This document shows, piece by piece, positions 53,692-62,870 of a stretch of DNA of 64,000 bases; the stretch's first letter is position 1, and each line of letters begins with the position of its first letter. The DNA lies in contig CAYOHI010000002.1 of the NCBI GenBank assembly GCA_964403725.1, positions 21,644-85,643 of the forward strand. The letters run 5' to 3'. Source of the stretch: an uncultured Candidatus Saccharibacteria bacterium. Its GTDB lineage: Bacteria > Patescibacteriota > Minisyncoccia > Portnoybacterales > UBA2143. Under the pieces are notes generated by a model. The model saw nothing but the letters and a program-made list of their open reading frames with translations. It did not search any database and had not been told where the DNA came from. The translations under genes were made by a program, and so were the position numbers.

Positions 53692-54707
53692 AAATTTTAG
53701 CTATAGATACAACTGGATTCAGTGCTGGCTTGGCCATAGTTAAGGATGGCAACGAGGTTTTAATGAATAAGATTGGTTCAGGCTATGTTCCTAATAAGCT
53801 TTGGAGTGATTTTCCATATATCTTGCCAGACCAGCACATTAAATTCTTAATTAAAAATACAAAAAAAATTAATTGGAATGAAATTGATGCAATTGCAGTG
53901 AGTGCAGATTCAGGCATATATACCTGTATTTTGGCGGGCGTGGCTATAGCTGAGACCTTAAGTCAGTGTCATAAAAAACAATTAATTAAAGTAGACCATA
54001 TCTTATCTCATCTTTATTCGACTTGGCTTGAAAGGAATCACAAAGATTTTCAATTCCCCATACTAGTTTTTTCTGCCTCGGGCAGTCATAGTGATCTTTC
54101 ATTGCTTAAGGATAGAAAGAGCTGTCAGACAGTTTTTGATACTGTGCCTAAAAAAACTAAAGATGAAGTGAGTTTTTTTATAGGAATTGGTAAGATTTTT
54201 TATCAAGTTGGCAAAAGACTAGGTTTAATTTCCTCATCAGAAGCCGGAGTTGATAGCTTAATAAAGGCAGCTTCTTTAGGTGATGCTAATAAGTTTGATT
54301 TTACTAAATTCTATAAAGGCCCTTTAATGGATCTTAATTTTTTTGATTTTATGGAATCTATCATTAGCTTTGCTGAAAAAGAAAAGAAAAAGAACAGTCA
54401 ATTCATTAATGATGTAGCAGCTAGTTTCCAAGAATCAATTGTTCAAATACTTTCCGATAAGATATTTAGAATAGCTGAAATTAAGAAAGCTAAGGAAATC
54501 CATATTGCTGGTGGCATTTCAATGAATAAGTATTTGGAAAAAACATTGAAACAGAGGATAAAGAAAGAAAAATTGCCTTTTACTCTGCGTTATCCAACTA
54601 AGAAAAATTACCGCTTAGATAATGCTGCTATGATCGGCGCTTTAGCCTATTATCAGAAGAAATATAAGATAAAATTCAAAAACTTTAAACCAAGCGTTAC
54701 AAAATGA
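53688..54707 (+). CDS. divergent TsaD/Kae1-family carbamoyltransferase paralog
   Basis: ILAIDT, HILSH, ASGSHS, AASFQ, GGISMN, DNAAMIG; lacks DDAxGEAFDK. Confidence 0.85.
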   Translation: MKILAIDTTGFSAGLAIVKDGNEVLMNKIGSGYVPNKLWSDFPYILPDQHIKFLIKNTKKINWNEIDAIAVSADSGIYTCILAGVAIAETLSQCHKKQLIKVDHILSHLYSTWLERNHKDFQFPILVFSASGSHSDLSLLKDRKSCQTVFDTVPKKTKDEVSFFIGIGKIFYQVGKRLGLISSSEAGVDSLIKAASLGDANKFDFTKFYKGPLMDLNFFDFMESIISFAEKEKKKNSQFINDVAASFQESIVQILSDKIFRIAEIKKAKEIHIAGGISMNKYLEKTLKQRIKKEKLPFTLRYPTKKNYRLDNAAMIGALAYYQKKYKIKFKNFKPSVTK

Positions 54708-55306
54708 ATATTTTAAAATTCAATCCTAAAAGTAAATTAGAAACTCAAAGAGCGGTTGACGAATCGGTGATAGTTTTAAAAAAGGGAGGTATCATCATTC
54801 ATCCAACTGATACTTGCTATGGCATTGCTGCTGATATGGGAAATGAAAAGGCAATTAAGAAAGTATACCGATTTAAAGGCAGGGATTTTAACAAACCTTG
54901 CTTCATCATTGCTAGAAATGTAAATCAGTTTAAAAAATATGGATCTTGGAATAAATTAGCCCAAGAAATGATTGAAAAGAATCCTAGGAAAATGTTCACT
55001 TTTGTCGTTTCTAGAAAAAAAATGGTGCCTGAATTTTTAAATCCTGATTTTGATACTGTGGGTATTCAAATGCCTAAACGTCCTTTTTCTCAAGTATTGC
55101 TTAAAGATTTTGGCAGGCCGCTGGTTGGCACAAGCGCTAATCTATCTAGTTTGCCAGTTGTCTATTCAATAGAGGAATTAATGGATCAGTTAAGTGATGT
55201 GAAGATTTATCCAGATCTAATTTTAGATGGCGGCCGGTTTCCCATAAAAAAACCTTCTAGTATAATTAGAATAAAAGGAAGGAAAGTCGAAATACTAAGA
55301 AAATGA
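54704..55306 (+). CDS. TsaC/Sua5 (YrdC) threonylcarbamoyl-AMP synthase-like
   Basis: PTDTCYGI, KGR..NKP, TSANLS, DGG, PSSII. Confidence 0.88.
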   Translation: MNILKFNPKSKLETQRAVDESVIVLKKGGIIIHPTDTCYGIAADMGNEKAIKKVYRFKGRDFNKPCFIIARNVNQFKKYGSWNKLAQEMIEKNPRKMFTFVVSRKKMVPEFLNPDFDTVGIQMPKRPFSQVLLKDFGRPLVGTSANLSSLPVVYSIEELMDQLSDVKIYPDLILDGGRFPIKKPSSIIRIKGRKVEILRK

Positions 55307-56661
55307 GATTTAAAATAGATCAATCAAATTATGGAATGCTTCCTCGGTTGGGGGATTTTTTAATAAATAACAAGATAGATAAGGTAGAAATAGAAATAAC
55401 TGATGATTTGGAAAAACTACCATACTTTTCAGATATCATTCCATCTATATATCAATTACTTGATTATGAAATGTATTTTCAAGTTTGGTTAAAAAATATT
55501 CCAATTTGTGTCATTTCGCCGCAAGCCATTGACCATATTTTGCCCAGTAGCGATTTTAAAGGAGAAAAAGATAAACAATGCAAGGATTGCTATTGGAATA
55601 AGAAATGCTCTGGTTTTCCAAAAGGATACTTTAAAAAATATGATTCTCAAGAGATTTGCCCTAAGCCTGACTTGCCTGAAGAGATAATGATTGAAGTCGA
55701 GCCGAAATGTAATTTTGATTGTCAGTTTTGCTTTAATAAGGTTTCTTTTGCTAAACATGGCAGGGATATTAAGGAAATAAGTACAAAAAGCATTAAGAAA
55801 TTAATTGATAATATTACTGGATTGGGTATAGGAATAATTAGGTTTACTGGCGGAGAGCCGCTATTGAGAAAAGATATTTTTCAATTATTAAAATATTCTA
55901 AAGATAAGGGCTTAGAAGTTAGATTGAATACTAATGGATCTTTAATTGATAATAAAGTAGCTAGTAAGCTAAGGGGTATAGTTGATAATGTTTTGATTCC
56001 AATTGAGAGCTATACAGACAAAGAAGAAACAAAGCTTACCAATACTAAAAATTCATTAAAGAAAAAAGTAAAAGCAATAGAATTATTAAAAAAGCAGAAT
56101 ATTCCTGTAGTCAGGGCCGGAACGGTTGCAACACAGGAAAATATCTTATCATTTGATAAGATCGCCCAATTCATTTCCAAACTTCCTCTAGATGAATGGG
56201 AACTGTACCGTCCAGTTCCAATCTCTAAGAAAAAAGATTTAAATTCAAAACATATCAATATTCTAGTTGATAAGCTGATTAACTTGAGAAAAGCGACTGA
56301 CAAGCCCGTATTTATTGCCAATGCAATTCCTTTTTGCAGCATTAAGGATATGAATAGAATTAATAGTGTTAGCAAAGGTGCTTTGCACGATGATGGTCAC
56401 AGTAGATTGGTTATCGATCCGCGTGGATTTGTTAAGCCGCACTATTTCTTAAATGAAGATTTGGGTTCTTTCAAGGATATTATAAGAGCTTGGCATAATC
56501 CTTTTATTAAAAAAATGAGAAATCTGGAATTTCTACCAAAAGAATGCCAGAATTGTCCGTTTTCTTTCAAATGCCGGGGTGGCAGTCGACATGCGGCAAA
56601 AATAATTAACGGAGGATATGACAGATTAGATCCTCTAGCTAAATATTATGGAAAGAGTTGA
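55303..56661 (+). CDS. radical SAM/SPASM protein with extra N-terminal Cys-rich module
   Basis: CNFDCQFC, TGGEPLLR, NTNG, C-terminal CQNC..CRGG; N-terminal NIPIC...CKDC....CSG. Confidence 0.85.
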   Translation: MRFKIDQSNYGMLPRLGDFLINNKIDKVEIEITDDLEKLPYFSDIIPSIYQLLDYEMYFQVWLKNIPICVISPQAIDHILPSSDFKGEKDKQCKDCYWNKKCSGFPKGYFKKYDSQEICPKPDLPEEIMIEVEPKCNFDCQFCFNKVSFAKHGRDIKEISTKSIKKLIDNITGLGIGIIRFTGGEPLLRKDIFQLLKYSKDKGLEVRLNTNGSLIDNKVASKLRGIVDNVLIPIESYTDKEETKLTNTKNSLKKKVKAIELLKKQNIPVVRAGTVATQENILSFDKIAQFISKLPLDEWELYRPVPISKKKDLNSKHINILVDKLINLRKATDKPVFIANAIPFCSIKDMNRINSVSKGALHDDGHSRLVIDPRGFVKPHYFLNEDLGSFKDIIRAWHNPFIKKMRNLEFLPKECQNCPFSFKCRGGSRHAAKIINGGYDRLDPLAKYYGKS

Positions 56662-57541
56662 TATTAAAATAGGGTTTGGCTGTAATAATCATTGTCTTTT
56701 TTGTGTTCAAGGTGATAAAAGGAATTTTTGCCAGTCCAAGCCAAAAAAAGAAATAGAAAGATCTCTTAAAGAGGCTTTTAAGAAAAACAAGGAAGAGGTT
56801 GTTTTCACTGGCGGTGAGCCGTGCATGCATCCTAATTTTTTAGAATTGGTTAAAATAGCCAAAAATATCGGTTTTAAAGAAATTCAAGTTCAAACCAATG
56901 GTCGGATGTTGGCTTACGATGATTTCTGTCTAAAGGTTGTCCAGGCTGGAGCAACTCAATTTTCACCAGCCCTGCATGGGTCAAATGCTAGAACCCATGA
57001 CTATCTGACCTGCGCTAAAGGCAGCTTTGACCAGACAATCCAAGGAATTAAAAATCTTAAGAAGTTAAACCAGTATGTTTTAACTAATACGGTTATTACC
57101 TCGAAAAACTATAAGCAAATTCCTAAGATAGCTGAAATATTGGTTAATTTAGATGTTGATCAATTCCAGTTTGCCTTTATTCACTTGGGTGGAATTGCTT
57201 GGGAAAACAAAGATTGGATTGTTCCTAAAAAAATCCTAATCATGCCTTTTGTTAAAAAAGGATTAGATGTTGGATTAAAGGCTAAGAAGAGGGTAACTAC
57301 CGAAGCAATCCCATATTGCTTGATGAAAGGTTACGAGGATTGTATTGCTGAAAGAATCATTCCCAAATCGATGGTTTTTGATTCTGATTTCGTGGTTGAG
57401 GATTACTCAGGGTATCGAAAAGATAAAGGGAAAGCTAAAGGACCGAATTGCAAGAAATGCAAATATGATAAAATCTGTGAAGGGCCTTGGAAAGAATATC
57501 CTGAATTGTTTGGTTGGAAAGAATTTAAGCCAGTGAAATAA
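56648..57541 (+). CDS. HxsC-like radical SAM protein
   Basis: CNNHCLFC, TGGEP, QTNGRM, HD, SF, IPYC, C..C.....CEG. Confidence 0.85.
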   Translation: MERVDIKIGFGCNNHCLFCVQGDKRNFCQSKPKKEIERSLKEAFKKNKEEVVFTGGEPCMHPNFLELVKIAKNIGFKEIQVQTNGRMLAYDDFCLKVVQAGATQFSPALHGSNARTHDYLTCAKGSFDQTIQGIKNLKKLNQYVLTNTVITSKNYKQIPKIAEILVNLDVDQFQFAFIHLGGIAWENKDWIVPKKILIMPFVKKGLDVGLKAKKRVTTEAIPYCLMKGYEDCIAERIIPKSMVFDSDFVVEDYSGYRKDKGKAKGPNCKKCKYDKICEGPWKEYPELFGWKEFKPVK

Positions 57542-57543
57542 AT

Positions 57544-58269
57544 ATGGGAAATTTTTCTGGATTAGTTAAAAGAATAAAAGTAGCAAGAAATATCATTTCA
57601 GTCGAAGATCCTCTGTTGATTGATATCCTGTCCAGTAATTATGGCCGAAAAATCAGATCTATCAAAAGGATAAATAGAAAGAAATCCTTCATTTGTAGAG
57701 CTTGGAAAGTCGAATTTATTTCCCATAAATCTGCTTTTATGAAAATAGATTTTGATGTTGATTCAAAGAACTTGCTGTTACAGGAAAAAGTCTTTCAATC
57801 TAAAATTTTTAAAGCAAATGAAGTTGTCTTACCTTTATGGCCGACAAAAGATAACCATCCTATGCTGTCGTTGAAATGCCCTAGAAAGCCATTTAATCTT
57901 ACGCTTTCCGATTATTTAGAAAATACTATTAATTTTAAAAAGAAATATTTTTCAGACTTAGCAGTAATATTGGCCAAATTGCATTCGAAGAAAAGAAATA
58001 ATCTTGTTTTATCTCACGGTGATTTTACAAGGGAGAACATTCTATTGGATGAGAATAAGAATATATGGTTGGTTGATTGGGAAAATTCTAAATTTGGCTA
58101 TCCAGAATGCGATATAAGCTATTTTGTAAGAGATGGCATGGATGCTTATGGATTGGAAATAAATAATCCATTGCATAAGTCATTTCTCAAAACATATGAA
58201 AAATATTCTAAATTAAAGGTTGATTGCAATCGTTTAGAGAAATATTTAAAGGATTTTAATAAGAAATGA
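57544..58269 (+). CDS. APH/choline-kinase-like phosphotransferase
   Basis: LAKLH, HGDFTRENILL, VDWE, D. Confidence 0.8.
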   Translation: MGNFSGLVKRIKVARNIISVEDPLLIDILSSNYGRKIRSIKRINRKKSFICRAWKVEFISHKSAFMKIDFDVDSKNLLLQEKVFQSKIFKANEVVLPLWPTKDNHPMLSLKCPRKPFNLTLSDYLENTINFKKKYFSDLAVILAKLHSKKRNNLVLSHGDFTRENILLDENKNIWLVDWENSKFGYPECDISYFVRDGMDAYGLEINNPLHKSFLKTYEKYSKLKVDCNRLEKYLKDFNKK

Positions 58270-60170
58270 AAAAAAGACTATACTTTGCCAGTTTAGACAA
58301 ATGCAATGAAGATTGTCTTTTTTGTGTGCGCGGCGGCGATGAAAAACCGATTGGCCACATTGATACAAAACGAGCAAAAAAGATTATTTCAGAAAAAAAG
58401 AAAAAAGGTTATCAGGAAATTTTTTTTGATGGCGGAGAACCGACTTTAAGGGATGACTTGACTGAATTAATTGAATTTTCTAAAAAGAAAAAATATTCAG
58501 CAGCCAATATTTTGACCAATGGAGTTCTGCTTTCAAAAGAAAAATTAGTCAAAGACCTATTATCAGTAAAAAACACAAAAAACTTCAGTTTATCTTTTTC
58601 CGTCTCTCTTCACTCACATAAAAAAGATATTTCAGAAAAACTAGTTGGCAGAAAAAATACTTTTAACAGAACTATTAAAGGAATAGATAATCTGATTAAG
58701 AATGGATGTGATAGCATTTCCATTTATCATGTCATTACCAAATACAACTACAAAGATCTGCCAGGCTTTGTTAAGTTTATCAACAAAAAGTTTCCTCAAG
58801 TTAAAAATATTACTTTCTCATATATCTACCCAGTCGGGGCTGCCTTGAAAAATAAAAAGATTTTCCCGCAACTTTCCAAAACAGAAATATATTTCCAAAA
58901 AGCCTTAAAGCTATGCAAAGAATATAAGATGAATTTTTCAATCACTACTTGCGGCACTATTCCTTTATGCTTTTTAAAAGGTTATGAAGATATCCTATTA
59001 AACCAACAGGAATTAGATCAACCAGGAAAAGTGGGTATAGTGGATACGGTTAAAGATGAACAATATCAGTTAGCTACAGATCAATTTCATGAAAAAACTA
59101 AAATTAAATCATCTAAATGCAAGGATTGTTTGTATGATGATAAATGTGGTGGTATTTGGCGAACTTATGTTGAACTTTATGGATTAAACGAATTAAAGCC
59201 AATAAAAAAGAAAAAACCTGAAAATCAGAATGTCCTCCTATTACTAACAGGATTCTCTTGTAATAATAATTGTGTTTTTTGCTCTAACGTAGCTGACCGC
59301 AATTTTAATAGCTCAACCAAAGAACTGTTTAAAAAAATTGATCAGGGCTATGAAAAAGGATTTAGAATTCTAGAACTCATTGGCGGCGAAGTTCCCATTA
59401 GGCCTGATTTTTTTGAATTAATTAATTATGCCAAAAAAGCTGGCTTTAAAGATATTAGATTGACTTCTAATGGCCGGATCTTTTCCTATCCGGAATATGC
59501 CAAGAAAGTAGCTCAAGCAGGATTAAAAGTTATGACTGTTTCTCTGTATGGTCACAAGAAATCATTGCATGACGGAGTCACCAGGACACCGGGATCATTT
59601 GACCAGTGTATCAAAGGCATTAAAAATATTTCTAAAACAGGAATAGAATTAGTCATCAATACCGTTATCTCAAAAGTAAATTACAAATATCTGTATGAAA
59701 TCGGTAATTTTGTCAGTCAATTGGGAGTTAAAGAATGGCATCCTTTAGAATTGCTGCCTGATGGCCAAGGCGCTAAGCATTATGATAGTCTAGCTGTTCC
59801 ATACAAGGAGCTTTCAAAATATATTAGGAAGATTAATAAATTAGCTGGTTCTAAATTTAAAAGAATAGATTTCTTTGATTTTCCTTTCTGTGTTTTCAAC
59901 AAAGAGATGCTGAAAAACAAAAATATTGTCATGTTCACGCCCGAGAGAAGATGTGAAGATATTAAGATGGAAGCTCATGACTCATCTTCAAGAGTTGATA
60001 AGGTCATAAAAAAAGGAAAAGTAGTTTACCAGGACAAATACAAGACTAAGCCAAAATTCTGCCAAAGCTGCTCGTATTTCAGTCAGTGTGGCGGCGTAAC
60101 TAAGTCATATTTTAAAAAATATGGCGATGAGGAAATAAGGGAATTAGCTAAAAAGAATAAATTTGTATGA
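58266..60170 (+). CDS. double (tandem-domain) HxsC-like radical SAM protein
   Basis: Two full domains: CNEDCLFC/GGEPT...IPLC...CKDC..CGG and CNNNCVFC/GGEVP...FPFC...CQSC..CGG. Confidence 0.88.
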   Translation: MKKRLYFASLDKCNEDCLFCVRGGDEKPIGHIDTKRAKKIISEKKKKGYQEIFFDGGEPTLRDDLTELIEFSKKKKYSAANILTNGVLLSKEKLVKDLLSVKNTKNFSLSFSVSLHSHKKDISEKLVGRKNTFNRTIKGIDNLIKNGCDSISIYHVITKYNYKDLPGFVKFINKKFPQVKNITFSYIYPVGAALKNKKIFPQLSKTEIYFQKALKLCKEYKMNFSITTCGTIPLCFLKGYEDILLNQQELDQPGKVGIVDTVKDEQYQLATDQFHEKTKIKSSKCKDCLYDDKCGGIWRTYVELYGLNELKPIKKKKPENQNVLLLLTGFSCNNNCVFCSNVADRNFNSSTKELFKKIDQGYEKGFRILELIGGEVPIRPDFFELINYAKKAGFKDIRLTSNGRIFSYPEYAKKVAQAGLKVMTVSLYGHKKSLHDGVTRTPGSFDQCIKGIKNISKTGIELVINTVISKVNYKYLYEIGNFVSQLGVKEWHPLELLPDGQGAKHYDSLAVPYKELSKYIRKINKLAGSKFKRIDFFDFPFCVFNKEMLKNKNIVMFTPERRCEDIKMEAHDSSSRVDKVIKKGKVVYQDKYKTKPKFCQSCSYFSQCGGVTKSYFKKYGDEEIRELAKKNKFV

Positions 60171-61021
60171 AGGAAAAATATTATACAGTAGGCAATAGTC
60201 CGTTTCTTTATGCAGGATATGAATGCAATAATTTGTGTATTTTTTGTTTTGAAGCTGATAGGGAATTTCCCCAGAAAAGCACTAAGAATTTAAAAAAAGA
60301 AATGAAGATTATCAGAAAGAATTTCAATTTCATCAATATTATGGGCCAGGAGCCAACACTAAGAAAAGATATTATTGAACTGATTGATTATGCCAAAGAA
60401 TTGAAATTTAAAGATATAAGCATAACAACAAATGGAAGAATGTTCGCCTATCCTGATTTTACTAAAAATATTTTAAATAGCGGCTTGACTCAGATCGGAT
60501 TAACGATGATGGGCAAAACAGCCAAAATGCATGATCTGCACACTCGGGCTAAAGGAAGCTTTGACCAGGCTTTGATGGGTATTAAAAATATTATGAAATA
60601 CAAGAATGATAATTTCAGTTTTTTGCTTAACTTGATGGTTACTCAGAAAAATTACAAAGATTTAGTTGAAATTATTGATTTCTATGTTGGTCTTGGATTT
60701 AAAGAAATAAATGTCGGCCACATTATGCCCATTAATAGAGCTATTACTAAATCCAAATCAATAGTGGCTCAGATTAGCAAAGTTACTCCATACTTGGTAA
60801 AATGCCAAAAGAAGCATGGAAATGAAGTTAAGTTTCTGTTTGTTGAATATCCAGCTTGTTCTTTTTCTGAAAAATATCGTCATCTGTCATTTCCTTGCCT
60901 GGAAGAAAATCCTGATAAGATAAGGATTAAGATATGCGGGAAGTGCGAATACAGGGATAAATGTGCAGGAATAGGCAAGAGTTACTTAAATCTCTATGGA
61001 GATAAGGAGTTTAAGATATAA
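60167..61021 (+). CDS. HxsC-like radical SAM protein
   Basis: CNNLCIFC, GQEPTLR, TTNGRM, YPAC, CGKC..CAG. Confidence 0.85.
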   Translation: MKEKYYTVGNSPFLYAGYECNNLCIFCFEADREFPQKSTKNLKKEMKIIRKNFNFINIMGQEPTLRKDIIELIDYAKELKFKDISITTNGRMFAYPDFTKNILNSGLTQIGLTMMGKTAKMHDLHTRAKGSFDQALMGIKNIMKYKNDNFSFLLNLMVTQKNYKDLVEIIDFYVGLGFKEINVGHIMPINRAITKSKSIVAQISKVTPYLVKCQKKHGNEVKFLFVEYPACSFSEKYRHLSFPCLEENPDKIRIKICGKCEYRDKCAGIGKSYLNLYGDKEFKI

Positions 61022-61938
61022 TGAAAAACAAGATTAAAAAAACAGTCATCATTACCGGATATAAATGCAATAATCATTGCCGTTTTTGTATTGATGCCGA
61101 TAAGAGAGAATTGTCTGACAAGACTACTTTGGAAATTAAAAATGAAATGATTGAAGCAAGAAAAAGAGGTACGACATATTTAGAATTAATTGGCGGGGAA
61201 ACAACTATTAGGCCAGATGCTTTAGAACTTGTCAGTTTTGCTAAGAATTTAGGCTTTAAGACAATCAATATGGCTACTAATGGCCGGATGTTTTCTTATC
61301 CAGAATACACACAAAAGATGATTGATGCGGGACTGACTGACATTATCTTTTCTATTCATGGTCATGATACAAAACTTCATGATAAATTGACTCAAGTCTC
61401 TGGCAGCTTTAAACAATTAGTTAAAGGTTTGAATAATTTTAAGAATCTTGGTTTTAAAAATATTGGTTCTAATACGACCATTGTTAAACAAAACTACAAA
61501 TACCTGCCTCAAATTGCCAAATTCATTTTTGATTCCGGTATTAGAAATTCTGAATTCATTTTTGTTGATCCAAATTATGGAGCAGCCAAAACCCATTTTA
61601 AAGAGTTGGTTCCTAAGATCTCTCAAATTGCACCATATGTTAAAAAATGCCTTGATGTCGGCAAGAAGAATAAGATTCCTCATTGGGCAATCCGCTATGT
61701 TCCCTTATGTTATTTTGAGGACTATTTGGATCAGATCAGTGAATTGCAAGAAGTTAAAACTTTTAAGACAGAACATTTGGCTCCTGATTTTGAAAATTTC
61801 AATGTTGAAGAATCAAGACAAGAGATTGGACGGACTAAATCTAAGAAATGCAAGGAATGTAAGCTATTTAATAAATGTGAAGGTATTTGGAAAGAATACA
61901 TTAAACAATACGGCGATAAGGAATTAAAACCTTTGTAA
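61021..61938 (+). CDS. HxsC-like radical SAM protein
   Basis: CNNHCRFC, GGETTIR, TNGRM, VPLC, CKEC..CEGIW. Confidence 0.85.
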   Translation: MKNKIKKTVIITGYKCNNHCRFCIDADKRELSDKTTLEIKNEMIEARKRGTTYLELIGGETTIRPDALELVSFAKNLGFKTINMATNGRMFSYPEYTQKMIDAGLTDIIFSIHGHDTKLHDKLTQVSGSFKQLVKGLNNFKNLGFKNIGSNTTIVKQNYKYLPQIAKFIFDSGIRNSEFIFVDPNYGAAKTHFKELVPKISQIAPYVKKCLDVGKKNKIPHWAIRYVPLCYFEDYLDQISELQEVKTFKTEHLAPDFENFNVEESRQEIGRTKSKKCKECKLFNKCEGIWKEYIKQYGDKELKPL

Positions 61939-61940
61939 TT

Positions 61941-62870
61941 ATGGATATTTGTATTTGGGATAAATGTAATAATTTCTGCTTAATGTGCACTAATCCGGAT
62001 AAGCCCTGGCTTTCTTTTGATGGAAGACCGGAAGAAGGATATGATTATGAAACTTTGACTAAAAGAATTGAAAGATTAAAAGAAAAAATAGATCCCAATG
62101 ATGCAATTATCCTAACTGGCGGAGAACCAACTCTTCATCCTAGATTTTTGGATGTTTTAAAGTTTGTTAGGAAAACTTTTCCTAAACAAGAGGTTAGAGT
62201 TCTGACTAATGGTCGCTGTTTTATGTATAAGGATTTTGTTCAAAATGTTTTAAAAACTAATAATCTTCATTTAGCTGTTTCTTTGTACGGGCCTACTCCA
62301 AAAATTCACGATGGCATAACTAGGGCTAAGAATAGCTTTGAACAGACTATTGGAGGACTGAAGAATATATTGGCTAATAAGAAGGATGACCAGAGTGTTG
62401 AAATTAGAATAGTTATTAGTAAATTATCATATAGGTATCTGGATCAGTTCTTAAATTTAATTAGGAATTCCTTTCCTTTAATAGACCGGGTGATTTTAAT
62501 TTTCATAGAACATGAAGGACAAGCTAGTAAAAACTTAAAAAGTGTCAGTCTCGCATATTCCAAGGTAAAGCCATATTTAGATAAGGCGTATCCGCTTTTT
62601 GAATATTTCAAAGAAATTAGGCTTTATCATTTTCCTTTATGCACTGTTGATTCAAAGTTCTGGCCTTTTGTCTGGCGAACTTTGCCAGAAAAAGAAGTGA
62701 CTTTCATTTCATCTTGTAATCAGTGTAAGTACAAGAATTTTTGTCTAGGTATCCACAGGGATCATCCCAATAAGGTAAAAGGAAAAGAATTCAATCCCAT
62801 AAAAGAAGATTTGATTATTGAAGAAACAAAGGATTTTTATCATCCAATTATTAAAGTAGGTAAGAAATAA
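61941..62870 (+). CDS. hxsC: His-Xaa-Ser system radical SAM HxsC-like protein
   Basis: CNNFCLMC, TGGEPTL, LTNGR, HD.IT, VEIRIV, E..G.A, FPLC, C..C.....CLG. Confidence 0.75.
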   Translation: MDICIWDKCNNFCLMCTNPDKPWLSFDGRPEEGYDYETLTKRIERLKEKIDPNDAIILTGGEPTLHPRFLDVLKFVRKTFPKQEVRVLTNGRCFMYKDFVQNVLKTNNLHLAVSLYGPTPKIHDGITRAKNSFEQTIGGLKNILANKKDDQSVEIRIVISKLSYRYLDQFLNLIRNSFPLIDRVILIFIEHEGQASKNLKSVSLAYSKVKPYLDKAYPLFEYFKEIRLYHFPLCTVDSKFWPFVWRTLPEKEVTFISSCNQCKYKNFCLGIHRDHPNKVKGKEFNPIKEDLIIEETKDFYHPIIKVGKK

